A stretch of 61,158 nucleotides of DNA, filler included, from Nemertoderma westbladi (taxonomy: Eukaryota > Animalia > Xenacoelomorpha): NCBI GenBank assembly GCA_032718475.1. It is 4 parts of 4 records of this genome, joined end to end, with 100 filler letters (N's around TTAATTAATTAA, not from the genome) between each part and the next. Parts side by side here need not be neighbours in the genome. Positions count along the whole stretch, not along the records: positions 1 to 21,178 come from JAUCBJ010007947.1; 3 more parts are not named here. One strand, 5' to 3'. A model generated the notes under the pieces. The model made no database searches. It saw only the letters and a program-made list of their open reading frames with translations, and had not been told where the DNA came from. Each line of letters starts with the position of its first letter. Position 1 is the stretch's first letter. The position numbers and the translations under genes were made by a program. Of this stretch, positions 1 through 12,968 are shown one piece after another.

Positions 1-37
1 TAGTAGTAGTAGTAGTAGTAGTAGTAGTACTAGTAGA
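1..37. repeat. (TAG)n microsatellite
   Basis: tagtagtag run at the window start; (CTA)n runs also at ~1195-1219 and ~11850-11910. Confidence 0.9.
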
Positions 38-1384
38 TGAGGAATGCGGAAATAATCCATCACTATTCTATGTGAACTACAATGTGGCGTGTTCTAATTG
101 ACAGTTGTTTGTAGTTAAACTTACATTAACTGTGTTTAGCCACACCTTTATACCCATTCTAAACTGGTATCATTGTAACTAATTAACTAAATTAACGGTA
201 CAAATAATGTAACCCTCTGTAGAAAACAACATTAAACTGAATGAACTTTGGCTGGCTTTGATAAATTATATTTTATTTAATCAGCAACAAATAAAATAAG
301 ATTATTAATATCCTCCGTTGTATCTATTGTATATAACCCACACATATAAATACATACACTCAATTCTGCTCCATCGTAGTTCCTGTTGCTATAAATCTAC
401 TTAATTAATACTTGTTACTTAATAATTGTTTAGTATAATAAAAAATAATCCTCTGCACACACAATATACAAATTTTAATTACACCAGCACGCATGCCCCA
501 GGAATTCTCAAGTAAAAATAAAAAATAAAATAAAAGAAGACTACCTGTATTATTTGAGCAAAATGGTATATAATTCAATATGTAAACCAGGTGGCTTAGG
601 GTATAGCTAACACAGTACTCGCCTTTATTACTACTCTCGTTGGGCTCGTCCTCTACATCTGGTCACCAATTATATAACTTACAACATCCAGTACTGAACA
701 AAATGGTAAATCGTCCAACATGCTAATATGGAAATATAATATAATAGGCCTATTTAACACGTCCAATATGGATGAATGATTTAATAATCAAATACTATAT
801 AATAATATAATATATAATAATAATATAAAATATATAAATTTTGGCACTACTCCAAGTGGGTGGAGAGTTTTATGTAGTGGGCATGTCCAAGGGTAATTGC
901 CACCTGGGAGAGGAGGGAGGGTTCATGACTCGAGGTGGGAGATTACTGTGACATCTAGTGCTATGGGTTGACCCCTTTTCCAGTTTGGGAGGAACACATC
1001 AGCAGGGCGAGTGAGTGAGCAATGGATCAGAGGCCATGGAGTTCACTCCTGGGCACTGGAGTGGCTGATTGAGTAGCTTGGAAGATAGCATCCCAGAATA
1101 AGTCATGGTGAGATATCCTGTATCCTTCACCATCACAGCCAATATGGTGGAGCCTGAATTCCTGGTTTCGGAAGTGTAGGCCCAGGCTCTTAGACTACTA
1201 CTACTACTATTACTACTACGATCGGTATGCTTTATTGCAGCTGCATTATATATATATTACATATATATTAAGAATGCTGTGCCGGCTTGTCATCAAAATT
1301 GTGCCTCCACAACTCCCTATCACCCATAACATTTGCTAGATCATCTGCATCTTCAAGGCCAGTGTCCTTTGAGATGCGTTTTTT

Positions 1385-1940
1385 ACCCATTTTACCAGCC
1401 TCACTTTTATTTGTAAATTTGTAACTCAACGACTTAATATTGGAACCAACAATTTTTAACTATTTTTAATCATTTAATGGTTTTAACGTTACCCACCCTT
1501 TTTACACCTCTTCATTTAGCACCCTTTTTATTTTTATTTTTAATTTTTTAAATTTAATATTGAACGTCTAATACCTTAACAACACTTGTAGCCTACAATT
1601 ATATCTCTAGGCCTACATACAGTATTATGATAAATCTAAATATGTTAAACTAATACATCTTATCATACTGTGTATATCGGAATTTGGTGGCATAATAATT
1701 CGTTGTACCGTACGTTAAATTTAATATTATGGTTTAGGTTTATAAATTGTGTTTTAATGTTATTTTAATTTAATTTACTGAAGACGTCCGTGAGGATGAA
1801 ATGGCCATATAAATAGAAACTGTTTTCGTTAACCGTGGCATTAGACCCTTTCTACAGTCATTATCCCTGAAGTTATAATTATGGATACGCCACGAACGGC
1901 ATCATTTCGACTTCTTTCCCATTTAAATCCTGAAATTTGG
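1385..1940 (+). mobile_element. Penelope-like element pseudo-LTR/3' fragment inserted in the RTE
   Basis: T-rich segment that breaks the RTE frame and carries a minimal hammerhead ribozyme, a known hallmark of PLE pLTRs; boundaries approximate. Confidence 0.5.
1773..1814 (+). ncRNA. Minimal type I hammerhead ribozyme
   Basis: ATTTA-CTGAAGA-C-GTCC(GTGA)GGAT-GAAA-T-GGCC-A-TA-TAAAT: stem I ATTTA/TAAAT, CUGAnGA and GAAA core, stem II, palindromic stem III ATGGCCAT, AUA cleavage triplet. Confidence 0.75.
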
Positions 1941-2575
1941 TATCCTCTGCAGTTAGAGCCCAGCATGGACTCCCATATAAGAGTACAGGTACTACTACTG
2001 CCATAAATAATCGAACCTTAAGGTTCCGTTTTATTCTATGGGACTTCCAAATCCTGGACAGACTAATTAGCAGACCATGCCTTCCCCTTATGTATCCGAA
2101 GGTCTTCACCTGACTTTCTGATCCCATGTAGCAGAAGCAGAAGTCATCCACATGCTCAAGCAAGCCATCCTTAGGGCTTATGCCTTTACTATCAGACATT
2201 TCTTGAGGGCTGTCTAGGTTGACTGTCATGATTTTGGTCTTCTTGGAATTTACAAAAAGACCAACACTAGAAGCAGCCTGCTCCAATGAGCAGAGAAGCC
2301 TTTTGGCTCCCTCTAGTGATTCTGACAGTACCCCTAACAGCAAAGTCTAGATCAGTAAGGCTTTTAGACGGAATGGCCTGAAGCCAGTCCCCAGCATGGT
2401 GCAAATCCGTGCAGTTGCCATGGGCCTGGTGCAAGATATACATACACCTGTACAGGCTGATCAGTTTTGAGATTGCAGATTCTGGGCTGCCCCAGGGCTG
2501 TCATCTCACTACTATAGTATAGTCTTGTAATTCTCATTAGTTACTGTTGTTTATTTGAAAGATTATATTCGTAGA

Positions 2576-3145
2576 ATGGAGATTTCATATCGGTGTGTTT
2601 TTGTGCTACTTTGTGCTGCTTTGCAATTTACGATATGCACTGCTGTCAGTTGTGAAACCGGATTGGCGAAGATGTCGGTCAAGGTGGATGACAAAGTCAT
2701 TGAAGATGCGATTGGTGGTTTATTACCCCCTCCAACTACAACCACTGAAAATGATTGTATTTATTGTCAGGATATGTCTCAGTTATTGGGAGGTACAATG
2801 GTTCAGGGTGATAAGATATACAAAATGCTAATTGCTGGCCAGAATCTTCAGTGCGTAAAAGCAGAGGCCTGTTTGGCTTTTAATCAGGAAGAATGCCATA
2901 ATGCGGTTGAGGATGCAATGGATGGCGAGTTAGATGAGTTGTACAAAATGTTTTCTTCAATAAATATACAGTGTGAAATTCAGTGTTGCAAGGGGACCTG
3001 CCCAGATACGGTGTGGAAGAATAACCCCATCGGTGTCGGGGGTGAAGTCGATTGGACTAACGCTTTGTTCTCGGATGCCCGCCATCAATCAGCTCCAATT
3101 GCTATTCTACTTGTTGCTATGGCAGTAGCCGTGCAATTGTTTTAG
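2576..3145 (+). CDS. Secreted/GPI-anchored Cys-rich surface protein, divergent Ly6/uPAR (LU, three-finger)-like
   Basis: First ATG 2576; signal peptide MEISYRCVFVLLCAALQFTICTA; 10 Cys in the mature region ending CEIQCCKGTC; C-terminal SDA plus hydrophobic tail PIAILLVAMAVAVQLF. Confidence 0.7.
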   Translation: MEISYRCVFVLLCAALQFTICTAVSCETGLAKMSVKVDDKVIEDAIGGLLPPPTTTTENDCIYCQDMSQLLGGTMVQGDKIYKMLIAGQNLQCVKAEACLAFNQEECHNAVEDAMDGELDELYKMFSSINIQCEIQCCKGTCPDTVWKNNPIGVGGEVDWTNALFSDARHQSAPIAILLVAMAVAVQLF

Positions 3146-3430
3146 GGGACTCACATTAGATATTAACAGACACACCTTAATTTCTGTACTAAGATAACTT
3201 ATTTATCACAATGTGGTAGTTATGTGTAGAGTATTTCATATAAATATTAGTTAATGATAATTTATTTCAAATACTGCAAATCTATTTATGTCTGATTTCG
3301 AAAAGCCTGTTCGGAAAGATTGAGTTGCAGTAGTAGTTGAAATCGATGAATCATTGTTTAATTCAGCTAGAAAAACCGTAATTTGAGCAAAAATGACTTT
3401 TTATAGTCGTCACATTATTTACACAGCTAA

Positions 3431-3739
3431 AGGCCGTTCACATCCAACGGAACGGTACACCGCGTGGTGTACCGCGCAGGGTCAGCGGTACACCGCTGAC
3501 TGTGAACGACCGAACAGGTAGTTGTGCGCTAAACCGCGCGGGTTTAATGCAGCCCATTTAAACAATGATAAAACAATTAATGTAATTTCCTGTTGAATTC
3601 ACAGTAGACAGATAAACAATTAGTTACCGCAACGGTACCGTTGGGTGTGAACGGGCTCCGGGTAGTAAACCGCTGGCTTACCGCTTCAATACCGCTAGAC
3701 TACTTTACCGCTCATGAACCATTGGATGTGAACGGGGCT
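3431..3739. mobile_element. PIF/Harbinger-like MITE
   Basis: TIRs AGGCCGTTCACATCCAA / TTGGATGTGAACGGGGCT; flanks TAA and TTA (TWA-type); palindromic interior. Confidence 0.65.
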
Positions 3740-4419
3740 TTAGCTAATAAATATCTCAAAACTTAATTATAATACTTAACATGCATAGTATTAATTGCAG
3801 TAAAGCATCAATTAATTATAGTTATAAATTTCACTGTCATCATTACGAAATTTGTTTATTAGTACCTGTGTCTGCCATCATTACTGTACTGGTATTTAAT
3901 AATTGTTGAAATATTATTATCATAGTAAATTATATGTGATTTAGCTCAATTAATAATAGCATCTATGAATAAACACATGATTTAATATATATAGCAAAAT
4001 AATGTTGAGTAAAACCTGACAATTGTTTGTCTTATTTAGATGCGAGATCGAATTATTACACATAAATTATGAGTTTGATTATAAATATATTAATAACATT
4101 TTTACTAATTTTTGTAAATCTTAGAGGTATATATGTGCTAGGGAGGTGGGTGTTTACCTTTACTTCCCCAACCAGTGTTACAAACAAGCAGTCTGCTACA
4201 GAAGCCGTAGCCGATCTAAGGCAGATCGGCTACTCCGTCCATAGCCTATGGGCTCGAAAAATAGACATAAACGAAAAACGCCATTGACGCAATGGTAAAA
4301 TAACACCAATAACAGCTGGTGTCGTGATGAAAAATGGCTTATGTAATGTATTTATATACAGGCTTACGCTTAAGTGTTTTATAGCGCTTATTTCTGTCTT
4401 ATAACCAGTGCATATACTA

Positions 4420-4556
4420 ATTCGTTTATTGTTTTGGTTAGATTCCAGCCCTTCTGTAACCTGTGTTTTTGGTGAAAACCTGGTATTCTTCACATGGGGA
4501 TAACTGCAAAGTGAAATATAACGGCAGAAAGTCAGGTATTCTTCACGTGGGCCCCA
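4420..4556 (-). repeat. Dispersed repeat (GTGAAGAATACCAGG ... AACCAAAACAATAAA family)
   Basis: Homologous segments at ~37221-37300 and ~57405-57515. Confidence 0.7.
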
Positions 4557-4669
4557 TGCCTAATAATAATAAAATTATTAATAAAGTTCAAAGGCGCGTG
4601 GTCGGAATTGAGTTACTGTGGAAAGACTAAGGTGAAGAGGTGAGTTTTTGCATAGGCGTTTTTGTATAG

Positions 4670-5056
4670 GCACTATTTGGTGCCAGCACCAAATTTTGAA
4701 AGATGTCAATTTTGTAAATTGATTGTTTGAAACTTGTTTTTTACGCAATTGGGGTTTTTTGGGGTTCTTGTTTCGATGGAATATATACGAGTTGCACCAA
4801 GCGTATCAAACTTGTATTTTTCGGTGCTGTGTGCAAATTTTGGTGCTAGCACGAAATTTTGAAAATCCATTCAATAGATAAAATTGCTTGTGACAATTTA
4901 TTTCTTGCGTTTTATATGTTTATGGGTGTTCTGAATTCAATGCAATATATAATTATCGAACTAGACATATCAAACTTGTATTTTTCGGAAGTGGGTGCAA
5001 AATGTGGTGCTAGCAACAAATTTTGAAAACCATCAAATATATCAATTGATTGTGTC
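4670..5056 (+). repeat. Internal fragment of the piggyBac-type element at 31133-32696
   Basis: Highly similar to ~31500-31881; similarity ends just before the Gypsy LTR. Confidence 0.8.
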
Positions 5057-5060
5057 TCCT

Positions 5061-5313
5061 TGTTGTGTGGATATGTTGTGCAAAGAAAATATCCGAATAA
5101 AATATATAAATAAGTCTGGGCGGACCCAAGTATAATGGTCCAAGTGGGACGGGTAAGAGGGTAAGGCAATAAGTACGGACGGATGTATACTGCTAGCAGT
5201 TAGTCTCCTAGTACAGCCAAAGCAGGACCGTGACGCTAGGACGAGTCCGTCTGACAGTTAGAGTAAGGCCGATATGGAGGCCATGCTCTGTGTACGTACA
5301 GTATATCTCAACA
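5061..5313 (-). mobile_element. Gypsy 3' LTR (253 bp)
   Basis: Minus strand TGTTG...CAACA termini, preceded by polypurine tract GGAAGGGGAG (5314-5323) downstream of the integrase. Confidence 0.75.
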
Positions 5314-8300
5314 CTCCCCTTCCAGTTTATCAGCGTATAGCGATTAACTATTAATGTTTGTATCCCAAGTTTATAGTCTATTGGGTGCGTGTCTCTGACG
5401 TGTGGGGTAGGAGCACTGAGGTGATGTGCGGGCCGGGATAATAGTCTGGCTGGTGAGCGGTGCGCCCAGCGTATGGCCCGTGGTGACCCAGTCTGGGTGG
5501 TGTCACCGCCATGTGACATCTCGGTGGCAGCACCGATATGTTTTTCGGATTGTGGTGCTCCGGTTGCGGTGTCCCGTAGGAGGTGGCCTCAGTTGCGGTT
5601 GAGGCAACGGCCAGATTTGGTGTGGACATTGTAGCTGAGGTGAGCAGATGTCTCGAAAACGACCCCAGTGCGGTCCCAACGCTTGGTGGTGGGATTCCAT
5701 ATGCGCACCGGGTCCCCCACTGACAAAGGGGGGAGTGGTTTAGCCTCTCGGTTGTAGTGTTCTGTGGTGTCGAGCGTTGTCCTTGTTGTCTGGTGGTTGG
5801 TGGTGAAGTTCCGGCTATGCATGGGAACCCGTGTACGTGTGGGGTGCCCAAACAGGATTTGGGCTGGTGATTGGCCGTGGGCACGGGGTGCATTGCGGAG
5901 TTCCAAGAGACCCTCTTGGAATCGAGTTTGCCCCCAGTTTTGGAGAGGAGGGCCTTCAGAGAATTGATGGCCGACTCAGCATGGCCGTTACTCTGTGGAT
6001 ATTCTGGTGAGGAGAAGGATTGTACTACCCCCCAGTTCCACCGGAAATCGGACATGTTTGGGCCTCGCGAATTGTGGGCCGCCGTCGGAGTAGAAGTGGG
6101 TTGGTACTCCAAAACGGACGAAGACGTCTCGTAGGTGGGCGGCTATTGTGGCGGCGGTAGGGTGGTTGGTATATCCATAAATTTCCGGCCACCCGGAATA
6201 ACAGTCCACCACAACGAGGTAGTAGCAGCCATCGAGGAAGAATCGATCACAGGAGATCTATTCAAATGGTTGCGTTGCTTCGCGATCATGCAGGAGTGGC
6301 TCCTTGGCGTGACTTGGTTGGTATATGAGGCAAGGCTCGCATGCTGAGACAGTGGTACGGATGTCATTGGTCAGCCCTGGCCAATAGACAGAATGTCGGG
6401 CGCATCGGAGAGTTTTCTCCACACCTTGGTGCACAGCGTGTAGCCGACCAAGGATGTCTCGTCACGCGGACCGTGGGACCACGATCCTCTGTCCATAGAG
6501 TAAAGTAAAAGTAAATTATCTTCGGCCGCTAGGCCAGGGATTACGCACAAAGTCTGACGACTTATTTTCAGTGCGGTCCCCCCAGAACTTTACTACCCAG
6601 AGGAAACTCCAGTACCCATTTAGCTACCACTTAAGGATGCAAGGCAGAGTTGCGCCCTGGCTGGTCCCTTTATAGCATTCGTGCCGAAATGAAAACTGCC
6701 CTGGCCCATGTGAGGATCGAACCCACGACCTACAGGAGATGTGAATTCAATGCAACCACTACACCAAGGTGGAACCTTGATTTCCTCGGTTTTGCGATCT
6801 GCATCGAAGGGAGCGAGGATTGGAGGAGAGAGAAGAGCGAGTTAAGTTCTCTCGAATGCTGCCTCGTGGTCGGAGTTCCATGGAGGACCAGGTCATGGTA
6901 GGTGGTTAATCCCTCCCTGATCGACCAATAGGGGTTGACCCCTGGGAGTTGACGGGAAGATGGTGGGAACCCAGATTCCATGGCATTGTGGAGCGCGACT
7001 TAGTCGGGGTCATTCCTGGCCATCTTGCAGAGAGAGTTGAGGGAGAGGTCATTGAAGCCTATCATGGATTCCGAGCCCTCCGTGATGGCAGCAACCATTG
7101 CTATGGTGAGTTTTGCTTTGAGCCGCTGGAGGCGTGTGTTATCGGTGGCATCAATCGTATAGCGATCCAGGATTGTCACCAATGGTTGGTGGTCGAAAAT
7201 TACAGTAAAATGGTTCTCTCGAATGCCGCCTCATGGTCGGAGTTCCATAGGAAGAAGTTTTCAAATGGAGGAGGGGGTGGAGCGGCGACATTGTAGAGGA
7301 AATGTCGGCCGAAAACGGTGCGAGTTGTTCTACGAGTCAGACGAAACTCCGCAGGTTGGTGATAATTGTCGGTTGTGGAAAACTCACGATAGCCCGGAGC
7401 TTCACCGGGTCGGCACGTATACCATCAGCCCCAACAAGGTAGCCTGCAAACTTGACTTCGTGCTGGGCGAATTGGACCTTGTTGGGATGCAGGGTGATGC
7501 CTACCTTGTGTCAGCGCTGGAGGAAGGATCGAACGCTGGCGAGGTGCTCGTCGAGAGTGTCGTTATGTAGCAGTACGTCGTTGACGAGTTTAACAAGGTT
7601 TGGCAGGTCCCGCAGGGCATCGTCGCCCCGCCAGGTGTACTCATCACCACTCGAAATGAGTCCCATAACACTCCGACGGTATTTGTAACGGCCCCAGGGC
7701 GTCACTAAGGTGGTAAGGAGTTGGGTTTGCTTCACGAGGGGTACCTGCCAGTAACCAGAAGCAGCGTCGAATACGGATAAAAACTTTGCCGATGATGGAA
7801 TCCCAGAGTTTGCGGGCCGTGGGTTTGGTGTCGGATAGTAGGGAAGCTTCACCTGGCTGTTGAGGTGACAGAAGTCAACTCAAACTCTTAGTTTGCATTT
7901 GGTTTTGGGGCGACGGTCATCGGATGGGCCCAGTCGGTGGGCTCTGTCACTGGCTCGATGACCTCATGCTTCACCATCTCATCGAGGAGACGCTTAACTT
8001 CGTCCCGCATGGTGAAGGGGGTGGGCCGTGCGCCATTTACGTGGAACCATATGATGCTGTCCTTCAGTTTGACCCGCATGGGTTCGCCCGCCATGGTTGA
8101 TAGGGGTTTCGAAGTATCATCGAATATATCGGCGTACTCGCTGAGGAGTTCTTCATGAACTCATGGAGTAGCCAACTTTGGGGTGGAAGGTGTCAGCGAG
8201 TTTATTTGGCGCGGAAGATCCATTGTGAGGATGTTGAGGTTCCGCATTGTCTCGAGGTTGAGGATCACCCCATCCATCACCAGGGATTCAACCACAGTGA

Positions 8301-9330
8301 CTGGTGCCGAGTGGCCACAGTAGACAAACTGGATGTGAAACACTCCCGCAATCTCGAGGAGTTCGCCATTCGCTGCGCGTAGTTTTGGTTCGTTGTGAGG
8401 GTAGGGGAGGAGGTCCCTCTCCCTTCCTCCGAAGGATCGGTAAACTCGGCATCCCATCATGGTGGCTGCCGCGCCGCTGTTCGGGAGTACGTGCCGGACT
8501 GTACCCATGAGTTTGTCAGAGTCAGCGTGGTGGAGTTCTACCGTGATATGTTCCAGGAAACACGTTGCTGGCGGGTATTCTATTCCGCCTATTTTATTTA
8601 TGCCGCATGGTGGTTGTGGATTCGACCCGCTTGTCCGAAGTATAGAGCGGGTTGGGGAAGCACAGAGGATCGAGTTTATTAGTTGTTTTTTCGCCCTCTT
8701 TCTTTCCGGCTGGTTTGGGTGTAGACTGGCAGACATTCTTAAAGTGGCTGGCCTTCCCACACGAGCCGCAGGTTGAATCCCTGGCGGGGCAATTTTGTTT
8801 GCCCGCGACGTGTTGGCGTCCGCAGTTTGGACAGGAACCTGCCGAGCTGGTGGGTTGCAGGTTCCCTGAATGCGGTTTTCGGTTGCAGGATTGCGAGCGG
8901 TCACGTCTATAATTGGAGGTGACTTTGGCGACAGGACGTCCCTTGCCGATTATAGAGTCATTTTTTTCACTCGCTTCCATGGTTTGGGCGATCCGGACAC
9001 AGTCCTCCAATGTGGTTTGGGGAAGAAACTTAAGGAGTTCTGTCCGGGTCTCCGAGCTGCGGTACCAACCAAAATCTGAGTAACAATCTGGCGGTTCCGG
9101 CAGTGGTCGCAGAGTTCTGCGGCGTCAGCGAGTTCCTTGAGCGCAATTCGGAATGCATCGAAGTTTTCGTTTGGCCCTTGCCATCTGTCGTGGAACTGGA
9201 CGGTCACGGCCCTAAACCGATTAGGTTCTCTGTTCGCAGAACACCGAACACTATTCTGGCCACGGAACTAGTCCAGCAGAATGCCTTTATAGAATCCTGG
9301 GATTTGTGGGACGAGAGGATCTCAGCAACT
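5314..9330 (-). mobile_element. Decayed Ty3/Gypsy retrotransposon gag-pol (5'-truncated, frameshifted)
   Basis: Gag FHDRWQGPNENFDAF and Cys knuckles CPNCG..H..CPA..CGSCGKASH; protease LPNSGA; RT VFDAASGYWQ, MGLISSGDEY, LVNDVLL; integrase VDCYSGWPE, SDGGPQF, PQSNGHAE, SPAQILFG. Confidence 0.9.
6501..6767 (-). mobile_element. tRNA-derived SINE inserted in Gypsy pol
   Basis: Minus strand A-box-like TGGTGTAGTGG, B-box GGTTCGATCC, (TTTAC)-type tail at 6501-6515. Confidence 0.7.
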
Positions 9331-11215
9331 AAGCGAAAACGAACAATAGGATGTTCCTAGACCCCCCCCCAAAAATTTATCCAGAAGACTTTTCGCCATA
9401 CATAATGTGTTAAAAAAGTTTACGGTTCTCCGGCTAGGGCCAATTTGAGTCAAAAAGACCGCTTCCCTAGCAACCACGTTGCTATGGAGATAAGTCCAGA
9501 ACCGCTAATGCTACGGACTTGGGACCGACGCCAATCGATAGGCAGCATATTGGTTTACCTTCAAGAGATTTTTTTTGGAGCGATCAGATCATGATCTTGA
9601 CCATGATCAGCAAAGATCAGTTTTGATCAGCAATCGGACACTCAAGGCTTGCTCCAATCGAAAAACTTAACATTACAAAAAGATTCAGCGACCCCACATT
9701 AGTCATGATTCCCGTTAAAAGATTTAAAAAAAAGTGAATTCTTCCCGGTCAAAACGCAAGATCATGATCGCGCAAAGATCGGACTTCGTAAAATCGTAAC
9801 TAAGCATTTTGGATATAAACAATTACTGTAGGAAACGTTCAGAACACCGCCCTGAGTCGATTAAAAAAAAAATTGGCTCGATCGGACAACCGGTTCTCGA
9901 GATCTGATACCTGATCATTAAAGATCACATTTTTTAGTTTTTTCGGATTTTCTCGAAAACTTTGTTTGAGACCCCCGATTTTTTTTTTACGAATCGACTT
10001 CTATGATGAAGGGGCAACTTTTGAGCATTTCGAAATTTTCAAAAAGCGATTTGATCAGGCCGCGATCAGAAAAGATCGTGTTTTCGGTTTTATTTCGAAG
10101 ACCAAGTCCTGGGAGTTCACCGTATGGAAAAACTTAACATCACAAAAAGATTCCTCACCCTCGAATTATGGGGGGTAGCCAAAATTTGGGCATAAAAAAG
10201 TTCAAGTCTAGTGGGTCAAAACTCAAGATCATGATCGCGAAAAGATCAGTATATTTAAAATCGAATCTAAGCATTTTTCTAATAAACATTCATTGTAAGA
10301 AATGTGCAATGGTCTATTCTGAGTTGATTAAAAAAAAAATTGGCTCGATCGGGCAACCAGTTCTCGAGATCAGCTTCCTGATCATAAAAGATCGTGTTTT
10401 TCGGTTTTTCCCGATTTTCTCGAAAACTTTGTTTGAGACCCCCGATTTTTTTTTTACTAATCGACTTCTATTAAGAAGGGGCAACTTTTGAGCATTTCAA
10501 AATTTTCAAAAAGCGATTTGATCAGGCCATGATCAGGAAAGATCATGTTTTCGGTTTTATTTCGAAGACCAAGTCCTGTGAGTTCACCGTATGAAAAAAC
10601 TTAACATTACAAAAAGATTCCTCACCCTCGAATTAGGGGGGGTAGCCAAAATTTGACCATAAAAAAGTTCAATTCTAGGAGGTCAAAAGATCATGATCGC
10701 AAAATGATCAGTTTTTTCGTAATTACTTCTGAGCATTTTGGGGCAAAACTTTCAAACTAAAAAACATTCACTGGAGTGTTCTAAGTAGATTAAAAAATAT
10801 TTCGACTCAATAGGCCTACCGGTACCGGAGATATGGTCGTCCAAATTCTGCTTCCGGTAATTCGAAAATATTTCGAAAACCCTTGATCGAATTTTTTCCT
10901 TGAAAATATGTGAATGTACAGTTAGTGGACCCGCATCTAACGATATATCACAATCCATATTTCGGATGACAGGTACCGGTGAAATCAGACTTTACCGAAA
11001 AAAATTCAAATTTTAGCTACTCATGTCTGACTATCTCGAAAACTATAATAGGTATGGAAATACTTTCACTGCAAGAAATGTTCGCCTATCCAATGCGCTT
11101 CTAACTCTGTGCTCGGATTTTGCATAGTGTCAAAACCTACAACTTAACCCCCCCAGCGGAGGGAACGAAGTGACCGGAGCGCCAGTACTATCTTTCATTA
11201 TTATGAAGTAATAAG
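9327..11215. mobile_element. Non-autonomous DNA element (possibly Helentron/HINE-like) with ~467-bp internal tandem repeats
   Basis: Truncates the Gypsy gag; AAAAACTTAACAT.ACAAAAAGATTC recurs at ~9661, ~10128, ~10595; GC-rich subterminal motif at 11156-11183; non-coding; superfamily is inferred. Confidence 0.5.
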
Positions 11216-12085
11216 GGCGGTGGGTGGGGTAGGTGGTGAACACTATTTATAGGGTGGGGGGAGGGTCTAGTATATATTACTTTAGGATATTTGATTTCTT
11301 TGCAATATAGTTTAGCTGCCTCAGTCTTATTTGTAATATGTTATACATTATACCAAATTATATCAAGTTTTAACATACTACATTGTCTACCTGTAGGAGA
11401 AATATACAATGTAGGGCTCATAATATATTTATAAATAGATTTAGTATATTTACATTGTATAACAGAGTTAATTGATACTATTACGGTATTATACTAAAGA
11501 CGCCGCTTTGATATATCTGATCAAATGGCAATTTCTTGTATATTATCTATTTCACTATCTTGGGTATATCATTCAATTTCTAAAACTATAATAATAAATA
11601 TTTACTTCACTTTTTGTTTACTCGCATGGATATATTAATATAAAATACGTCAGTATAATATCTTATAGGGCCAAACGCAGATTAATCGGAATAATATGTT
11701 TAATTATTATTACAATTGGCACATTGAAGTAAGTAGTACATGAGTTTGATAAAATAATTATGAATCTGTATCTTATTCTACTTTGTCTATATGATTATGT
11801 TATATAATAATGTTACTTTATCACTTTGGTTTAAACCGATCTCCTTTACTATTACTTACTACTTATACTACTACTACTACTACTATTACTACTACTGCTA
11901 CTGACTACTACAGAGTTATATATTATAAGAGGATGGGGTTCGTGATTATTAGTTATTATACAAGTGCCCCTCGGCTATAGAGAGTCCACCCTCGGTTGCT
12001 TACTGGATTCCATCGATGGCAACGCTCCTTTTTGAACGGAGATGGGCCTGTAACGTGTAGAGAATCATGTCCGTTGTTGTGTCCG

Positions 12086-12680
12086 TGTGACGGGATCCGA
12101 GAATCCCGGTTTATCCGTTAGCTTTCCTACGCGTCCCCGCCGTGCGTGTGTGAAAAGAGTTTTAGTTGTTGACTGATCGGTGTGTATAAATAAGAGGGTA
12201 TAATGTAACTGAATAGGATATAGCACAGTTGACACAGTTGATTGATGATTAAGTGTACCGGTAAATAGAATGACAATACTGCAGTACACGGAGACGGAGA
12301 TGGTGGAAAGAGTCCCGGTACTGCCCTAACTAACTGACTTACTAAAGTGAATAAATATACACAAAGACCGGTAATATATTGCATGGTTGGCCACGTTGCA
12401 TTACTCAGTCGATGCTTGCCCCCCCCCCCCCCCCCCCATTGGCTGATAACTCACTTCTCACCCTCCCATTTCCCTGGGTGTGTTTCCCCCTGTCGCTGTG
12501 ATTCCCTCTCTCTCTCAGGGGTGTAACCCCTGACCCCTATTGTGCGTATGTCCTCTGGGGTTTCTTGTCCCCATTTTATTGGGGGTGACACGAGGTTAAT
12601 TGGTAATCAACCTCGTGCTCCCAATATTGCTTAATGCCAACTTTATGGGGTTTGGTGAGGCGGAATTGAATCCGCTCACA
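12086..12680 (-). mobile_element. 3' LTR of a minus-strand BEL/Pao-derived element
   Basis: TG...CA termini; PPT (TGGGGGGGAG on minus) at 12681-12690; homologous in reverse to the LTRs at 12969 and 18871; body continues 12681-12968 and 19394-21178. Confidence 0.85.
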
Positions 12681-12968
12681 CTCCCCCCCATGCTATCTTC
12701 CCGGTGAGAAGATAGCATCAACCATAAAGTGCGCTTCAATTCCGCTGGAACTCGATCTACTATCGGGTGTGGGGTGGAGTTATTTTTTCTTGGAGTCGGC
12801 TTTCCAGGCCGCTCCCTATGGGTATGATGTCACTACCCTCTGGCGTCTCGTGTCGGGCCAATCTGCGCTTCTTTCACACAACTTTTGTTTCCCCAACACT
12901 CTCACCACTCTAACTCCGCTCTAACTCCGCTCTTACTCTCTCCCCACACCTGAATCGCACTCTCCTGC

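Larger units (their letters stand above)
1270..2380 (-). mobile_element. Decayed RTE-clade LINE, 3' part of RT and C-terminus, interrupted at ~1385-1940
   Basis: ORF 1879..2343 has VNSKKTKIM, YMGS, IWKS..IKRNLKVRLF, VLLYGSPCW; 2340-2362 reads LTDLDFA (decayed FADD); 1275-1380 reads ISKDTGL..DLANVMGDRELWR, a typical RTE C-terminus. Confidence 0.8.
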
